Assembly: GCA_028709965.1 (NCBI GenBank)
Contig: JAQUTA010000001.1
Coordinates: 2,521-66,520 of the forward strand
Source: Lutispora sp.
GTDB taxonomy: Bacteria; Bacillota; Clostridia; Lutisporales; Lutisporaceae
Reading direction: 5' to 3'
DNA length: 64,000 nucleotides
The translations under genes were made by a program, and so were the position numbers. The first letter of the stretch is position 1, and each line of letters starts with the position of its first letter. The notes under the pieces are model-generated. The model searched no databases and was not told the origin of the DNA. It saw only the letters and a program-made list of their open reading frames with translations. Shown one piece after another: positions 28,780 to 38,630 of the stretch.

Positions 28780-29532
28780 TTAGAGCACATAATTTTTAAG
28801 AACTCCAATATCTTGAATTTTTACCTGAACTATATCACCTGCATTCATGGGACCTATACCCGAAGGAGTCCCAGTTGCAATCACATCTCCTGGATTAAGA
28901 AGCATTACATTGCTAATAAAGCTTACAATTTCACTTACGTTGAAAATAAAATCCGAGGTATTGGATTTCTGCTTTGTTTCTCCGTTTAATAAGAGCTCTA
29001 ATGTCAAATTATCATAGTCTAAATCTGTTGCTATACATGGACCAAAAGGAGCAAAAGTATCAAAGGATTTAGCTCTCGTCCACTGCCCATCCTTATTTTG
29101 AAGATCTCTTGCAGTCACATCATTAAAACAAGTTACACCTAGTATGTAATCATAAGCTTCCTCCGGCTTAATATTTTTGGCAGGTCTTCCGATTACTAAC
29201 GCTAATTCGGCTTCATAATCAACTCTTTGGGACATTTCAGGCTTTATTATCTCTCCCCTATGAGCTAATGCTGCTGTAGGCGGTTTTAAGAATATTACCG
29301 GCTCTTGGGGTAAACTCATATTCAACTCTAGAGCATGGGATTTATAATTAAGCCCTACACAGATTATTTTTGAAGGCGTGCAAGGAGTCAGAAAATCTAT
29401 TTCTGTGATATCATAAAATGCATTGGTAATTTCGTAATATTCGAATATGTCACCTTTGATTACTTTAACTTTCTCTCCCTCTAACAGGCCATAGCTGATG
29501 AAACCATCTTTATTAAATCGAATAAACTTCAA
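28780..29532 (-). CDS. Fumarylacetoacetate hydrolase family protein
   Basis: CVGLNY, DYEAEL, NDVTARD, AKSFDT and TGTPSG motifs; TTG start after GGAGG. Confidence 0.94.
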   Translation of the reverse strand: MKFIRFNKDGFISYGLLEGEKVKVIKGDIFEYYEITNAFYDITEIDFLTPCTPSKIICVGLNYKSHALELNMSLPQEPVIFLKPPTAALAHRGEIIKPEMSQRVDYEAELALVIGRPAKNIKPEEAYDYILGVTCFNDVTARDLQNKDGQWTRAKSFDTFAPFGPCIATDLDYDNLTLELLLNGETKQKSNTSDFIFNVSEIVSFISNVMLLNPGDVIATGTPSGIGPMNAGDIVQVKIQDIGVLKNYVL

Positions 29533-29545
29533 AATTATTTCCTCC

Positions 29546-30331
29546 TTACATATCATTTAATGCAGCCGCTTCCAACAAAATTCTTGGGAGCATTTTTGCA
29601 GTATTTTTATAACATTTTTCGTCATCTTCTTCCGTTCCATGAAAAAGGCTTCTATGTTTCAGTGGCAGGTCACTTATTGTAATAAGTGCAGCGGCATTAC
29701 GACCTATGGCTTCAGCTGCTGTAAAAACAGCAGAAACCTCCATTTCAACCCCGTCACAACCTTTTTGAATCATGAAATTAAAGCTCTTTTTATTTTCTCC
29801 CAATATGGAATCTGTAGAAAATATTTTGCCTCTATGTACAGCCACCCCCAAAGAATGAGCAATTGGCACGGATTGCTGAAATAATACTTGAGCTAATTCA
29901 TCACAGCCTAATGCAGTTTGACCAAAGCAGTCCCGTTGCATGTCTTCCATATGATATCTGGAAAATCCCTCTCCAATGACTGCATTGCTGCATATCAAAA
30001 TATCTCCAAAATTGAGTTTATTATTTATGGCTCCGGCAGAGCCTGAAAAAAATATATTTTTACAATCAGAGTATCCTAATGCTATCACACAATCCCCTGT
30101 CATTGGAGCACCAATACCACTGCTTATAACAGTTATAGGCTTCTCCTTGTAAATTAGAGTGACCCCCTTGTACCAGCCCTTGAATTCTTTTACTATGCTC
30201 TCTGCCCTTTCTATAAAACCCGACAAAGGCCATACGGGACTTATTATAACATTTCTTGCTATATCATTTATGGAACATCCAAAGTGTTTTTCAATCATTA
30301 TCTCTTTTTCTATGCTTTCATACATTGGCAT
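29546..30331 (-). CDS. Nucleoside phosphorylase (PNP/UDP family) protein
   Basis: GIGAP, GSAGA, STDS, VEME and ISD motifs. Confidence 0.8.
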   Translation of the reverse strand: MPMYESIEKEIMIEKHFGCSINDIARNVIISPVWPLSGFIERAESIVKEFKGWYKGVTLIYKEKPITVISSGIGAPMTGDCVIALGYSDCKNIFFSGSAGAINNKLNFGDILICSNAVIGEGFSRYHMEDMQRDCFGQTALGCDELAQVLFQQSVPIAHSLGVAVHRGKIFSTDSILGENKKSFNFMIQKGCDGVEMEVSAVFTAAEAIGRNAAALITISDLPLKHRSLFHGTEEDDEKCYKNTAKMLPRILLEAAALNDM

Positions 30332-30357
30332 GCCTCCCCTTGTTGAGTATATAAATA

Positions 30358-30987
30358 TTATTTATTTAAAGCATCATCAATGAGCTTAGAAAATTCTTTT
30401 GTGGAGCGGGCTCCAGCTACTATTTCTCCTATCATTTCTCCCTTGCTATTTACAATTAATGTGGTTGGCACATACATAATTTGATCTAAAAAACCATCTA
30501 TAAGACTTTCTGTTGGAAGAATATTGGTATATTTACCACCTTTTTGGCCTAATATTTTCTTCCCATTTTCTATTTCGTTATCTGCAAGTATAGCAAGAAC
30601 CTTGACACCTTTATCAGAATACTTATCTTCTATTTCCTGCAACGCAGGAATTTCTGTTATACAGGAGGGTCAGGTTGTAGTCCAGACATTTACAATAGTC
30701 AGCTTATTATCAGCAATAAATTGATTAGTAACCTCATTTCCGTCTAGATTCTGAGAAGTAAAATCAGGTATCTTGAAAGCACCTTCATATTCCTCGGGGC
30801 TTTTTTCTGAAGTCTCAGGTTGTTTATCACCAGCATTAGCTTGATTATCTGGGTTTGCTGCTTCTACATCAGGTTTAGCCGGTTCTTTAGTTTCTTGCTG
30901 TGGTTTCTCCTCTACAGTCTTGTTACCACAAGCAGATAGATTAATTGCGATTATTAACGCTGCAATTATTATTAAAGGTTTTCTCAT
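30358..30987 (-). CDS. TlpA/ResA-like lipoprotein, predicted selenoprotein (UxxC; UGA at 30670-30672)
   Basis: Lipobox LSAC; the two ORFs join in frame as NVWTTT-U-PSCITEIPAL; cis-Pro motif YVPTT; hairpin TTCCTGC-GTT-GCAGGAA 19 nt after UGA. Confidence 0.85.
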
Positions 30988-31828
30988 TATTCATCCTCCT
31001 ATCATTTACATTAAATCCTGATTCTATGGCTTTTGTAGGGCATTTTTCAACACATTTTCCACATCTCACACATTCAGGATTATTGGCGTTTTCATAAATC
31101 TTAATGTCTACAGGACAGTTTTTATTGCATATATCACATTTTATACATTTTTTCGAGTCCACATTCATCTTGTAAAAACTTATAGGGTTAAATAATGAAT
31201 ATATGGCTCCTAGTGGGCATACTGCTCTACAAAATGGTCGTGAAATCAGTATTGACAGAATAATTGTAACACCAAGAAGTATAAGCTTCCAATAATATAG
31301 GATGCCTATAGCACCCCTTAGGGCTATATTGCTTATGGTTAAGGGTATGCCTGCCTCCAGTGTGCCTGCAGGGCAAATGTATTTGCAAAAATAAGGCAGC
31401 CCAATTCCTACTTCATTGGTAAATAAAGCCGGTAATAGCAGTACAAATACTGCAAGGAAAAAATATTTAAATGCATTTAAGAATTTAGGCATTCTGAACT
31501 TCTTGGAAGGTATCTTATATAGAAGCTCTTGAAAAAAACCAAAAGGGCATAGCCAGCCGCATACAAACCTTCCTCCGATAGTACCAATGAGCATCAAAAA
31601 TCCTATAACATATAATGAAATCTGATGCTTAAGTCCTGCAGCCACAGACTGAAGTGAACCTATTGGACAGGAAGTATAAGCCCCTGGGCAAGAGTAGCAA
31701 TTGAGCCCCGGGAAACAAACCGATTTGAGTTTGCCTCTATATATGGTTCCTTTGGCAAAGCCTTCAAAATATCCGTTCCCTAAGATAGTTGAAGCTATCT
31801 GAACTATTCTTCTCTTTGAATTAGCCAA
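30941..31828 (-). CDS. Membrane 4Fe-4S binding protein (NapH/MauN-like polyferredoxin)
   Basis: CYSCP, CGWLCPFG, CKYICPAG and CRAVCPLG motifs; two CxxCxxCxxxCP; TM helices. Confidence 0.9.
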   Translation of the reverse strand: MANSKRRIVQIASTILGNGYFEGFAKGTIYRGKLKSVCFPGLNCYSCPGAYTSCPIGSLQSVAAGLKHQISLYVIGFLMLIGTIGGRFVCGWLCPFGFFQELLYKIPSKKFRMPKFLNAFKYFFLAVFVLLLPALFTNEVGIGLPYFCKYICPAGTLEAGIPLTISNIALRGAIGILYYWKLILLGVTIILSILISRPFCRAVCPLGAIYSLFNPISFYKMNVDSKKCIKCDICNKNCPVDIKIYENANNPECVRCGKCVEKCPTKAIESGFNVNDRRMNNEKTFNNNCSVNNRN

Positions 31829-31955
31829 TTCCTATGCACTCCAAGCAAATATTTATGGCTTTTTTAAGAACTTCTGCCACTTCGCCCCTATAAATACCTG
31901 CAACAATAAAAGAAATAGATATAACTAACATCATATATTTTACTTTGCCCTTCAT
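31821..31955 (-). CDS. 44-aa CxxC membrane peptide (CD1871A-like), absent from the ORF track
   Basis: MKGKVKYMMLVISISFIVAGIYRGEVAEVLKKAINICLECIGIG; GGAGG RBS; stop overlaps the next start. Confidence 0.88.
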   Translation of the reverse strand: MKGKVKYMMLVISISFIVAGIYRGEVAEVLKKAINICLECIGIG

Positions 31956-32052
31956 TTCGCTCTGCCTCCAAACATTAGATTATTATCATTATAACAGATT
32001 AATGCGTAATTCCAATATATTTTGGGTACAAAAAGAGAGCCAATCGGCTCTC

Positions 32053-32691
32053 TTATACTATCGCATTATTCTTCAGTTTTTCTATGGCACTTCTGAATTG
32101 TGGTATCAATGATATTGCAAGGCATATTGCTGTTTCTGTACCCATAAGTGTAAGGTTGACTGTAAGAGAGTACCATATGGGATTCATGCCTTCTGGTGCA
32201 TACATTCCGAAAAATACAAATCCAGATATAAAATGAGCCATAAATCTGCCAAAGCCTCCTACCAATACGCTTGCAGGCAGATGCTTCCTGTTCAATCCTG
32301 CCAAACCCATAGCTGCAAAAGCTATAGGATAATCAAGAAGCACTTGTGCCCAGTGCACTACATATGGGTCTTGAATGAATTGCAAAAATCCGTAAGCGGT
32401 ACCGGCTATGAGTCCTGCCCTAGGTCCAAAAATAAATGCAAATATGAACATAGGCAGCATGCTGCCGGGAGTTATGGAACCTCCCTGAGGCCAATGATAA
32501 AGCCTGATGTAAGATAATACAAAAGACATGGCTATACAAAGCCCACCGTAAACTAAAACTTTAGTGCTTGTTTTCTTGTTCTTCCCTGCATAAGCCAGAA
32601 GAATTGATATGCCAACAAGAGCAAGAAGTATCATGATTGTAGCTCCTTTAAGCTCCTTTAGCTCATTTAAGATTTGGGTAAAATAATTCAT
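32053..32691 (-). CDS. thiT: ECF thiamine transporter S component
   Basis: WPQGGSIT, QVLLDYPIAF and HFISG motifs; TPP riboswitch upstream. Confidence 0.92.
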   Translation of the reverse strand: MNYFTQILNELKELKGATIMILLALVGISILLAYAGKNKKTSTKVLVYGGLCIAMSFVLSYIRLYHWPQGGSITPGSMLPMFIFAFIFGPRAGLIAGTAYGFLQFIQDPYVVHWAQVLLDYPIAFAAMGLAGLNRKHLPASVLVGGFGRFMAHFISGFVFFGMYAPEGMNPIWYSLTVNLTLMGTETAICLAISLIPQFRSAIEKLKNNAIV

Positions 32692-32734
32692 GAATATTCC
32701 TCCTTTTTTTGATATGTCCATGGAGGAGACGGTC

Positions 32735-32767
32735 AAAAATAAATAACCGCAACAAGCGTTGCGGCCA
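32735..32767 (-). terminator. TPP riboswitch terminator
   Basis: GGCCGCAAC-GCTT-GTTGCGGTT-ATTTATTTTT on the minus strand. Confidence 0.8.
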
Positions 32768-32788
32768 TGAAAAATTTACTTAACCGAA

Positions 32789-32876
32789 ACCGCTTTCCTT
32801 CGTTAGAATTAACTACACAGGTTCCAAGGGTCAGTGGCCTAAACCACTCTCTCAGCATAAGCTCCCCTAGCGGACA
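32789..32876 (-). promoter_or_regulatory. TPP riboswitch
   Basis: GCTAGGGGAGC..GCTGAGAG..GACCCTTGGAACCTG..GTTAAT..CGAAGGAAAGC. Confidence 0.92.
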
Positions 32877-32898
32877 ATATCATATTAAATTCAAGTAT

Positions 32899-32927
32899 AG
32901 AATACTACTTATCTATATTGGTGTCAA
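32899..32927 (-). promoter_or_regulatory. SigA-type promoter of the thiT leader
   Basis: TTGACA-17 nt-TATTCT. Confidence 0.7.
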
Positions 32928-32961
32928 GGTGAGCAAAATTATGGAAGGTATACAAGCATAC

Positions 32962-33462
32962 TTATTGATGCTTTTTAATATATGTAATATCGCCGAAGCT
33001 TATGTCTTCTACTTCAAACAGCTTTCTTTGCACCTCAAGACCACCGGAATAGTTTGAAATCCTTCTTCCCATCCTAATAACTCTATGGCAGGGCACAATT
33101 ATTGGAATGGGGTTTGCTTTGTTGGCTGTACCAACTGCGCGGCTATATCTTTTTCCTCCCAAAGCTTCTGCAATTTCTGCATAGGTCCGAAGCTCACCAT
33201 AGGGTATTTCTAGGAGCTTACCCCAGACCTTCTTTTGAAAATCAGTGCCTTGCAAATCAAGCTTGACTGTGAATGCCTTAATCTTACCGGCAAAATACTC
33301 CTCTAGCTCCTTCTTAGCGAGTTTAATATGTTCATCTTCATTTTTCTCATGATCTTCGATAGGCTTATCATTTTCTCTAAAGTTTATATAGGTAAGACCT
33401 TTTCCTGATGATTGGAAATATATCCTCCCTACAGGTGAATCCATATAGGATGCGTATATCAT
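32962..33462 (-). CDS. ogt: Methylated-DNA-protein-cysteine methyltransferase
   Basis: GTDFQKKVW, RAVG and PCHRV motifs. Confidence 0.94.
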   Translation of the reverse strand: MIYASYMDSPVGRIYFQSSGKGLTYINFRENDKPIEDHEKNEDEHIKLAKKELEEYFAGKIKAFTVKLDLQGTDFQKKVWGKLLEIPYGELRTYAEIAEALGGKRYSRAVGTANKANPIPIIVPCHRVIRMGRRISNYSGGLEVQRKLFEVEDISFGDITYIKKHQ

Positions 33463-33483
33463 ACAAAATCCTCCTTATATAAA

Positions 33484-33512
33484 GTATGCCGGCATCATCA
33501 TGATGCCGGCAC
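33484..33512. terminator. GC-rich hairpin after the stnC-like gene
   Basis: TGCCGGCATCAT-C-ATGATGCCGGCA. Confidence 0.65.
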
Positions 33513-33526
33513 TTAAATGCTGAATC

Positions 33527-36500
33527 TTATCTGATTGATTCTAATATAGATTTTATCATATCGAGGTTTTCTTTTCCAGTCTTTGGTTCCATAGCTTTGT
33601 TAATCTTTTGTATTCTTCCTTCGCTGTTGGTGTATGTGCCTTCATTTTCTGCAAAGCTTGTTATTGGAAGAACTGCATCTGCCAATTTAGCTGTTTCTGT
33701 AAGCAGCATATCACATACTACAAGGAAGCCTGCTTCTTTCAGTGCTTTTCCTGCCTCAGAATCTCCTGTGCCTATTGGGTCTTCGCCATATACTAATACT
33801 GCATTATCTTTCAAGCTCCGTTCAGCTGCTTCGTAACTCTTTACGCCTAAATTGATCAAGCCCAAACTATTTGGCTTGCTCTGCATCAATAAAATGCTTT
33901 CGGCTCCTTTGTCTATAGCTTTTAGAAGCTCTGCTGAGGCTTTAGCTTCAGCATAACCGGCAGCTCCGCCTATTATGATAAGAGGATTTGTTGCTGCTTT
34001 AAGCTTTGATGCCAATGCAACTCCTACTCTATCTGAGGTGTCATCCTTAACTGCTTTTGCTAATGTTTCAGCAAAATCTTTAACGTTATTATCATCTACT
34101 CTTACAACCATTCCGGCATATCTATCCAGCTTTGATACAGCTTCACTTACCATAATAAATTCTGTACCGTTTTCTGCTGCAGCTTTAACCATAAGTGCTG
34201 CTACAGGGTTTTTCTCCTTGAGGTCAAAGCCCAAGCATAGGATAAGATCTGCTTTATTTATATCCTCATAGGAAGTATTTTTGTAATTCTTGCTAAAGGC
34301 ATATTGTAAGCCATATGCTGCATCCTTCAACTCAAAGCTGTAAAGATTATTTGAGACAATCTTATTAATTGCAGCAACTTCTTCATTTGTAGCTTTTTGA
34401 GATACAAAACCAATTGCTGTTTTATCTATCATCTTTTGAGCTATAAGCTTATAGGCTTCTTCCCAACTGCTTTCTACCAATTTGCCATCTTTTCTTATCA
34501 TAGGTCTCAATAATCTTTCAGGAGAGTTTATGAAGCTATTTTGGAATCTTCCATTTTCACATAGATTTCCATTATTAACGCCCAATCCTACCTCTGATGT
34601 GGCTCTGATAAATCTGTCTCCCGCTACATTAAGCTTGAGGGTGCAGCCTGTACCACAGTGGTTGCAGGTGGTTTCCACGACTTGCTCTGCAAAGGGTCCT
34701 GGCTTGGGCAGCTGAACCTTTTCTGTCAAAGCTCCTACAGGACAAGCGGAAACGCACTGACCACAAGACTCGCAGCGGCTATCTTCGCCAAAAGGCTTGC
34801 TAAATGAGGGTTCAATAGTAGCATTGTATCCTCTGGATATGAAGCCCAAAGCTCCTGCTCCTTGAACCTCAAGACATATTCTTACGCATCTTCCGCACAT
34901 GATGCATTTATTCCTATCTCTGCTGATAAATGGGTGGCTCTCATCAATTGGATGCTTAGTTATAGTACCTGCCAATCTATCCTGCTTTGCATCATAGGTT
35001 GTAGCAAATTCTCTCAGCTTGCACTCATGAACATCCTTGCATCCGCAGGACAAACATCTTGCAGCTTCAGCCTTTGCTTGTTCTTCAGTAAAGCCTAGCT
35101 CCACTTCCTTGAAGTTATGATTTCTTTCTTCCTTGTTGAGCATTGGCATCTTTATTTTCTCTATTTTTTCATGCTCTTCGTACTCTTTCTTGTCAATATC
35201 TTTCAGTTTCTTCCCTTTGACATGATTGTACATTCCCGGAAGCTTTTCTATCTTTGCTCCTCTTAAATACTTGTCCATGGAGTAAGCTGCTGTTCTTCCT
35301 GCTGCTATTGCTTTGATTGCAGTCTGTGGTCCTGTTACGCCATCTCCTCCGGCAAATACTCCTTCAAGGTTGGTAGTCATAATATCTGGGTCTACCACAA
35401 TCTTGTTTTTATTTACTTCAAGTTTAAAATTGTCATTGATAAAGCTCAAGTCCTGAGTTTGGCCTATAGCACCTATTACATAATCTGCAGGCATCTTGAA
35501 TTCAGAACCTGGTATTTCTATAGGTCTTCTTCTGCCAGATGCATCAGGTTCTCCCAGCTTCATCCTAATAAATTCTATATAAATTGGCTTGCCTGCATCA
35601 CTTACTATCTGCTTGGGAGCTATAAGGAATTCAAATTCCACTCCTTCGTATTCGGCTTCATCTATTTCCATTTCATGAGCAGGCATTTCCTTTTTTGTTC
35701 TTCTATAAGCCACTGTAACCTTTTTTGCTCCAAGTCTTAGAGCGGTTCTAGAAGCATCAATGGCTGTATTTCCTCCACCGATTACGATTACATGCTTGCC
35801 AGATAAATCAATATTGTGACCTAATCCAACTCTGCCTAAGAAGTCAACCCCAGCATATACTCCCATGGGGCACGCTTCACCTTCGCAACCTATTGGCTGA
35901 CCGATTTGAGAGCCTATTCCTAAAAATATAGCCTTATAGCCATCATTTCTCAGGCTTTCGTAAGTCACATCTACGCCAAAGGTCTTTTCATATTGTATCT
36001 CTACTCCCAGTTCCTTTATAGTGTCGATTTCCTTATCTAAAACATCCTTTGGCATTCTATACTCGGGAATACCATATCTGAGCATTCCACCGCCTCTTGG
36101 CCATCTCTCAAATATGGTAACCTGATGCCCTTCTTTAGCAAGATAGAAAGCACAGGATAACCCTGCAGGACCCGCTCCTATAACTGCAGCCTTCTTGCCT
36201 GTTGCAGACTTCTTATATGGTAAATAATGATTATCACTATTTAAATCATAATCCGACGCAAATCTTTTAAGATAATCTATTCCTACTCTTTCATCCACAA
36301 GATTTCTTCTGCATTCATCTTCGCAAGGTCTGGTGCAGACTCTGCCGCATACCACCGGAAGTGGGTTTTTATCTTTTATGAGCTCCACTGCTTTGTGGTA
36401 TTGTCCATTGGCAATATGAGCTATATAACCCTGCACATCAATACCTGCAGGGCAGGTCATGCTGCAAGGTGCAGTGCAATCTCCATAGTGTTGGGATAAA

Positions 36501-36775
36501 AGAAGCTCCAAGCACATCTTCCTTGCATTATTTACATCCTCAGTTTCAGTTCTTACAACCATTCCATCAGCGACTTGGGTTGCGCAGGCTAGCATATTGC
36601 CTCGAGCACCTTCCACTTCTACCCTGCAAAGCAGACAGGAGCCAAAAGGCTTTAGTCTGTCATCATGGCATAGAGTTGGTATGAGCATGCTATTTTCTCT
36701 TGCTACATCCAATATAGTCTGACCAGGATTGGCAGTAACTGCTTTTCCGTTTATGGTTAAACTTAACTTTCCCAT
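33527..36775 (-). CDS. StnC/NsoC-like fusion: 2Fe-2S, GltD-like FAD/NADPH domain, NuoG-like Fe-S region and degenerate molybdopterin fold
   Basis: PTLC..CLLC..C; CSMTCP, CGRVC..CEDEC, GAGPAG, GGGNTA, YRR; CIMCGRC, CESCGQC, CNHCGTGC. Confidence 0.85.
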   Translation of the reverse strand: MGKLSLTINGKAVTANPGQTILDVARENSMLIPTLCHDDRLKPFGSCLLCRVEVEGARGNMLACATQVADGMVVRTETEDVNNARKMCLELLLSQHYGDCTAPCSMTCPAGIDVQGYIAHIANGQYHKAVELIKDKNPLPVVCGRVCTRPCEDECRRNLVDERVGIDYLKRFASDYDLNSDNHYLPYKKSATGKKAAVIGAGPAGLSCAFYLAKEGHQVTIFERWPRGGGMLRYGIPEYRMPKDVLDKEIDTIKELGVEIQYEKTFGVDVTYESLRNDGYKAIFLGIGSQIGQPIGCEGEACPMGVYAGVDFLGRVGLGHNIDLSGKHVIVIGGGNTAIDASRTALRLGAKKVTVAYRRTKKEMPAHEMEIDEAEYEGVEFEFLIAPKQIVSDAGKPIYIEFIRMKLGEPDASGRRRPIEIPGSEFKMPADYVIGAIGQTQDLSFINDNFKLEVNKNKIVVDPDIMTTNLEGVFAGGDGVTGPQTAIKAIAAGRTAAYSMDKYLRGAKIEKLPGMYNHVKGKKLKDIDKKEYEEHEKIEKIKMPMLNKEERNHNFKEVELGFTEEQAKAEAARCLSCGCKDVHECKLREFATTYDAKQDRLAGTITKHPIDESHPFISRDRNKCIMCGRCVRICLEVQGAGALGFISRGYNATIEPSFSKPFGEDSRCESCGQCVSACPVGALTEKVQLPKPGPFAEQVVETTCNHCGTGCTLKLNVAGDRFIRATSEVGLGVNNGNLCENGRFQNSFINSPERLLRPMIRKDGKLVESSWEEAYKLIAQKMIDKTAIGFVSQKATNEEVAAINKIVSNNLYSFELKDAAYGLQYAFSKNYKNTSYEDINKADLILCLGFDLKEKNPVAALMVKAAAENGTEFIMVSEAVSKLDRYAGMVVRVDDNNVKDFAETLAKAVKDDTSDRVGVALASKLKAATNPLIIIGGAAGYAEAKASAELLKAIDKGAESILLMQSKPNSLGLINLGVKSYEAAERSLKDNAVLVYGEDPIGTGDSEAGKALKEAGFLVVCDMLLTETAKLADAVLPITSFAENEGTYTNSEGRIQKINKAMEPKTGKENLDMIKSILESIR

Positions 36776-36801
36776 AGTTCTCTACCTCATCCCTTTACAA
36801 G

Positions 36802-38595
36802 TTATTCTATTTCGATAGCGGCAAATTTGCAGGTTTCTTTACAAAGCCCGCATTTTTTACATATGCTGCTATCGATTCTGTGCGCTTTTTTCAATTCTCC
36901 GGATATGGCCTTCACCGGGCATACTCTACTGCATAGTGTGCAACCTTTGCACTTGTCAGCATTTATTTTATACTCTATTAAGTTCTTGCATTGCTTAGCA
37001 GGACATTTCTTATCTCTTATATGAGCTTCATATTCATCTCTGAAATATTTTATAGTAGTCAAAACAGGATTAGGAGCCGTTTGCCCCAATCCGCAAAGGG
37101 AGTTTTTCTTGATATTCAACGCCAATTCTTCTAAAAGTTCAATATCCCCTTCTTTTCCCTGTCCCTTTGTTATCCTTGTTAAAATTTCATTCATTCTCTT
37201 TATTCCAATCCTGCAGAAAGTACACTTGCCACAGGACTCTTCTACGGTAAAATCTAAGAAGAATCTTGCAATATCAACCATGCAATTATCTTCATCCATC
37301 ACTACCATACCACCGGAGCCCATTATTGCCCCTGTCTTTGTAACAGAATCATAATCTATGACTGTATCTATAAGCTCTGCAGGAATACAGCCTCCTGAAG
37401 GACCGCCCATTTGCACAGCCTTAAAGGCTTTATCATCAGGACAGCCTCCGCCTATTTCATATATTATTTCCCTCATAGTAGTTCCCATAGGAACCTCGAC
37501 CAAGCCGGTGTGATTTATTTTTCCCCCTAGTGCAAACACTTTAGTGCCTTTTGATTTTTCAGTACCCATGGAAGCAAACCATTCAGAACCCTTATTTATT
37601 ATTGGACAAATATTTGCATAAGTTTCTACATTGTTTAGAAGCGTTGGCTTTCCAAATAAGCCCTTTACTGCAGGGAAGGGCGGTCTTATTCTGGGCATTC
37701 CTCTTTGACCTTCTATTGATGCTATTAAAGCTGTCTCTTCACCGCATACGAAAGCTCCCGCTCCAAGTCGAATTTCAATATCAAAATCAAATCCTGTACC
37801 CAAAATATTCTTGCCTAATAATCCATATTCTCTAGCCTGGTTAATGGCTACAGTAAGTCGTTTAACAGCTAAAGGGTACTCTGCTCTAATATATATATAA
37901 CCTTGACTGCCTCCAATAGCATAGCCTGCTATTGTCATAGCTTCCAACACTGAATGAGGGTCACCTTCTAGAATGCTTCTATCCATAAAGGCACCTGGAT
38001 CACCTTCGTCTGCATTACAGCATACATATTTTTGATCGCCTTGAGCTTTCGCAGTGAAATCCCATTTATTACCTGTTGGGAATCCGCCGCCTCCTCTTCC
38101 CCTGAGGCCTGATTTCTTAACTATATCAATAACTTCTTCAGGTTTTAATTCGGTCAAACATTTTGATAAAGCCTTATATCCATCAAAGGCTATATATTCA
38201 TCAATATTTTCAGGGTTTATTACACCGCAGTTTCTAAGTGCAACCCTGACTTGCTTTTTGTAAAAATTCACTTCATTTATTGATTTTATTCCATCTTCTG
38301 TTACAGTTTCAGCATATAGAAGTCTCTTTACAACTCTGCCTTTAACTAGATGCTCCTTTACTATCTCCTCTACATCTTCTGGCTTAACCATACTGTAGAA
38401 AGAAGCTTCAGGATATATAATGACTATTGGTCCAAGAGAGCACAAACCAAAACAACCTGTTCTCTCAACAATTATCTCTTCTTGGAGACCATGAGTCTTT
38501 ATTTGTTCTTCAAAATTTTTTGCTATCTGCTCCGAGTTAGAGGATGAACATCCGGTTCCCCTGCAAATCATGATATGGGTACGATACATTCTCAT
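36802..38595 (-). CDS. NuoF/HydB-like FMN/NADH subunit (StnB-like)
   Basis: GRGGGGFPTG, NADEGDPG, CGEETAL and SCGKCTFC motifs; N-terminal 2Fe-2S; C-terminal 2x4Fe-4S. Confidence 0.93.
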   Translation of the reverse strand: MRMYRTHIMICRGTGCSSSNSEQIAKNFEEQIKTHGLQEEIIVERTGCFGLCSLGPIVIIYPEASFYSMVKPEDVEEIVKEHLVKGRVVKRLLYAETVTEDGIKSINEVNFYKKQVRVALRNCGVINPENIDEYIAFDGYKALSKCLTELKPEEVIDIVKKSGLRGRGGGGFPTGNKWDFTAKAQGDQKYVCCNADEGDPGAFMDRSILEGDPHSVLEAMTIAGYAIGGSQGYIYIRAEYPLAVKRLTVAINQAREYGLLGKNILGTGFDFDIEIRLGAGAFVCGEETALIASIEGQRGMPRIRPPFPAVKGLFGKPTLLNNVETYANICPIINKGSEWFASMGTEKSKGTKVFALGGKINHTGLVEVPMGTTMREIIYEIGGGCPDDKAFKAVQMGGPSGGCIPAELIDTVIDYDSVTKTGAIMGSGGMVVMDEDNCMVDIARFFLDFTVEESCGKCTFCRIGIKRMNEILTRITKGQGKEGDIELLEELALNIKKNSLCGLGQTAPNPVLTTIKYFRDEYEAHIRDKKCPAKQCKNLIEYKINADKCKGCTLCSRVCPVKAISGELKKAHRIDSSICKKCGLCKETCKFAAIEIE

Positions 38596-38630
38596 TACAC
38601 AATACCTCCTAACTGTTTACTTACCTAAAT

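Noticed and set aside
33527-36775. Formate dehydrogenase or [FeFe]-hydrogenase catalytic subunit
   Set aside because: No Cys/Sec Mo-ligand motif, no in-frame UGA and no H-cluster motifs; the GltD insert fits Stn/Nso
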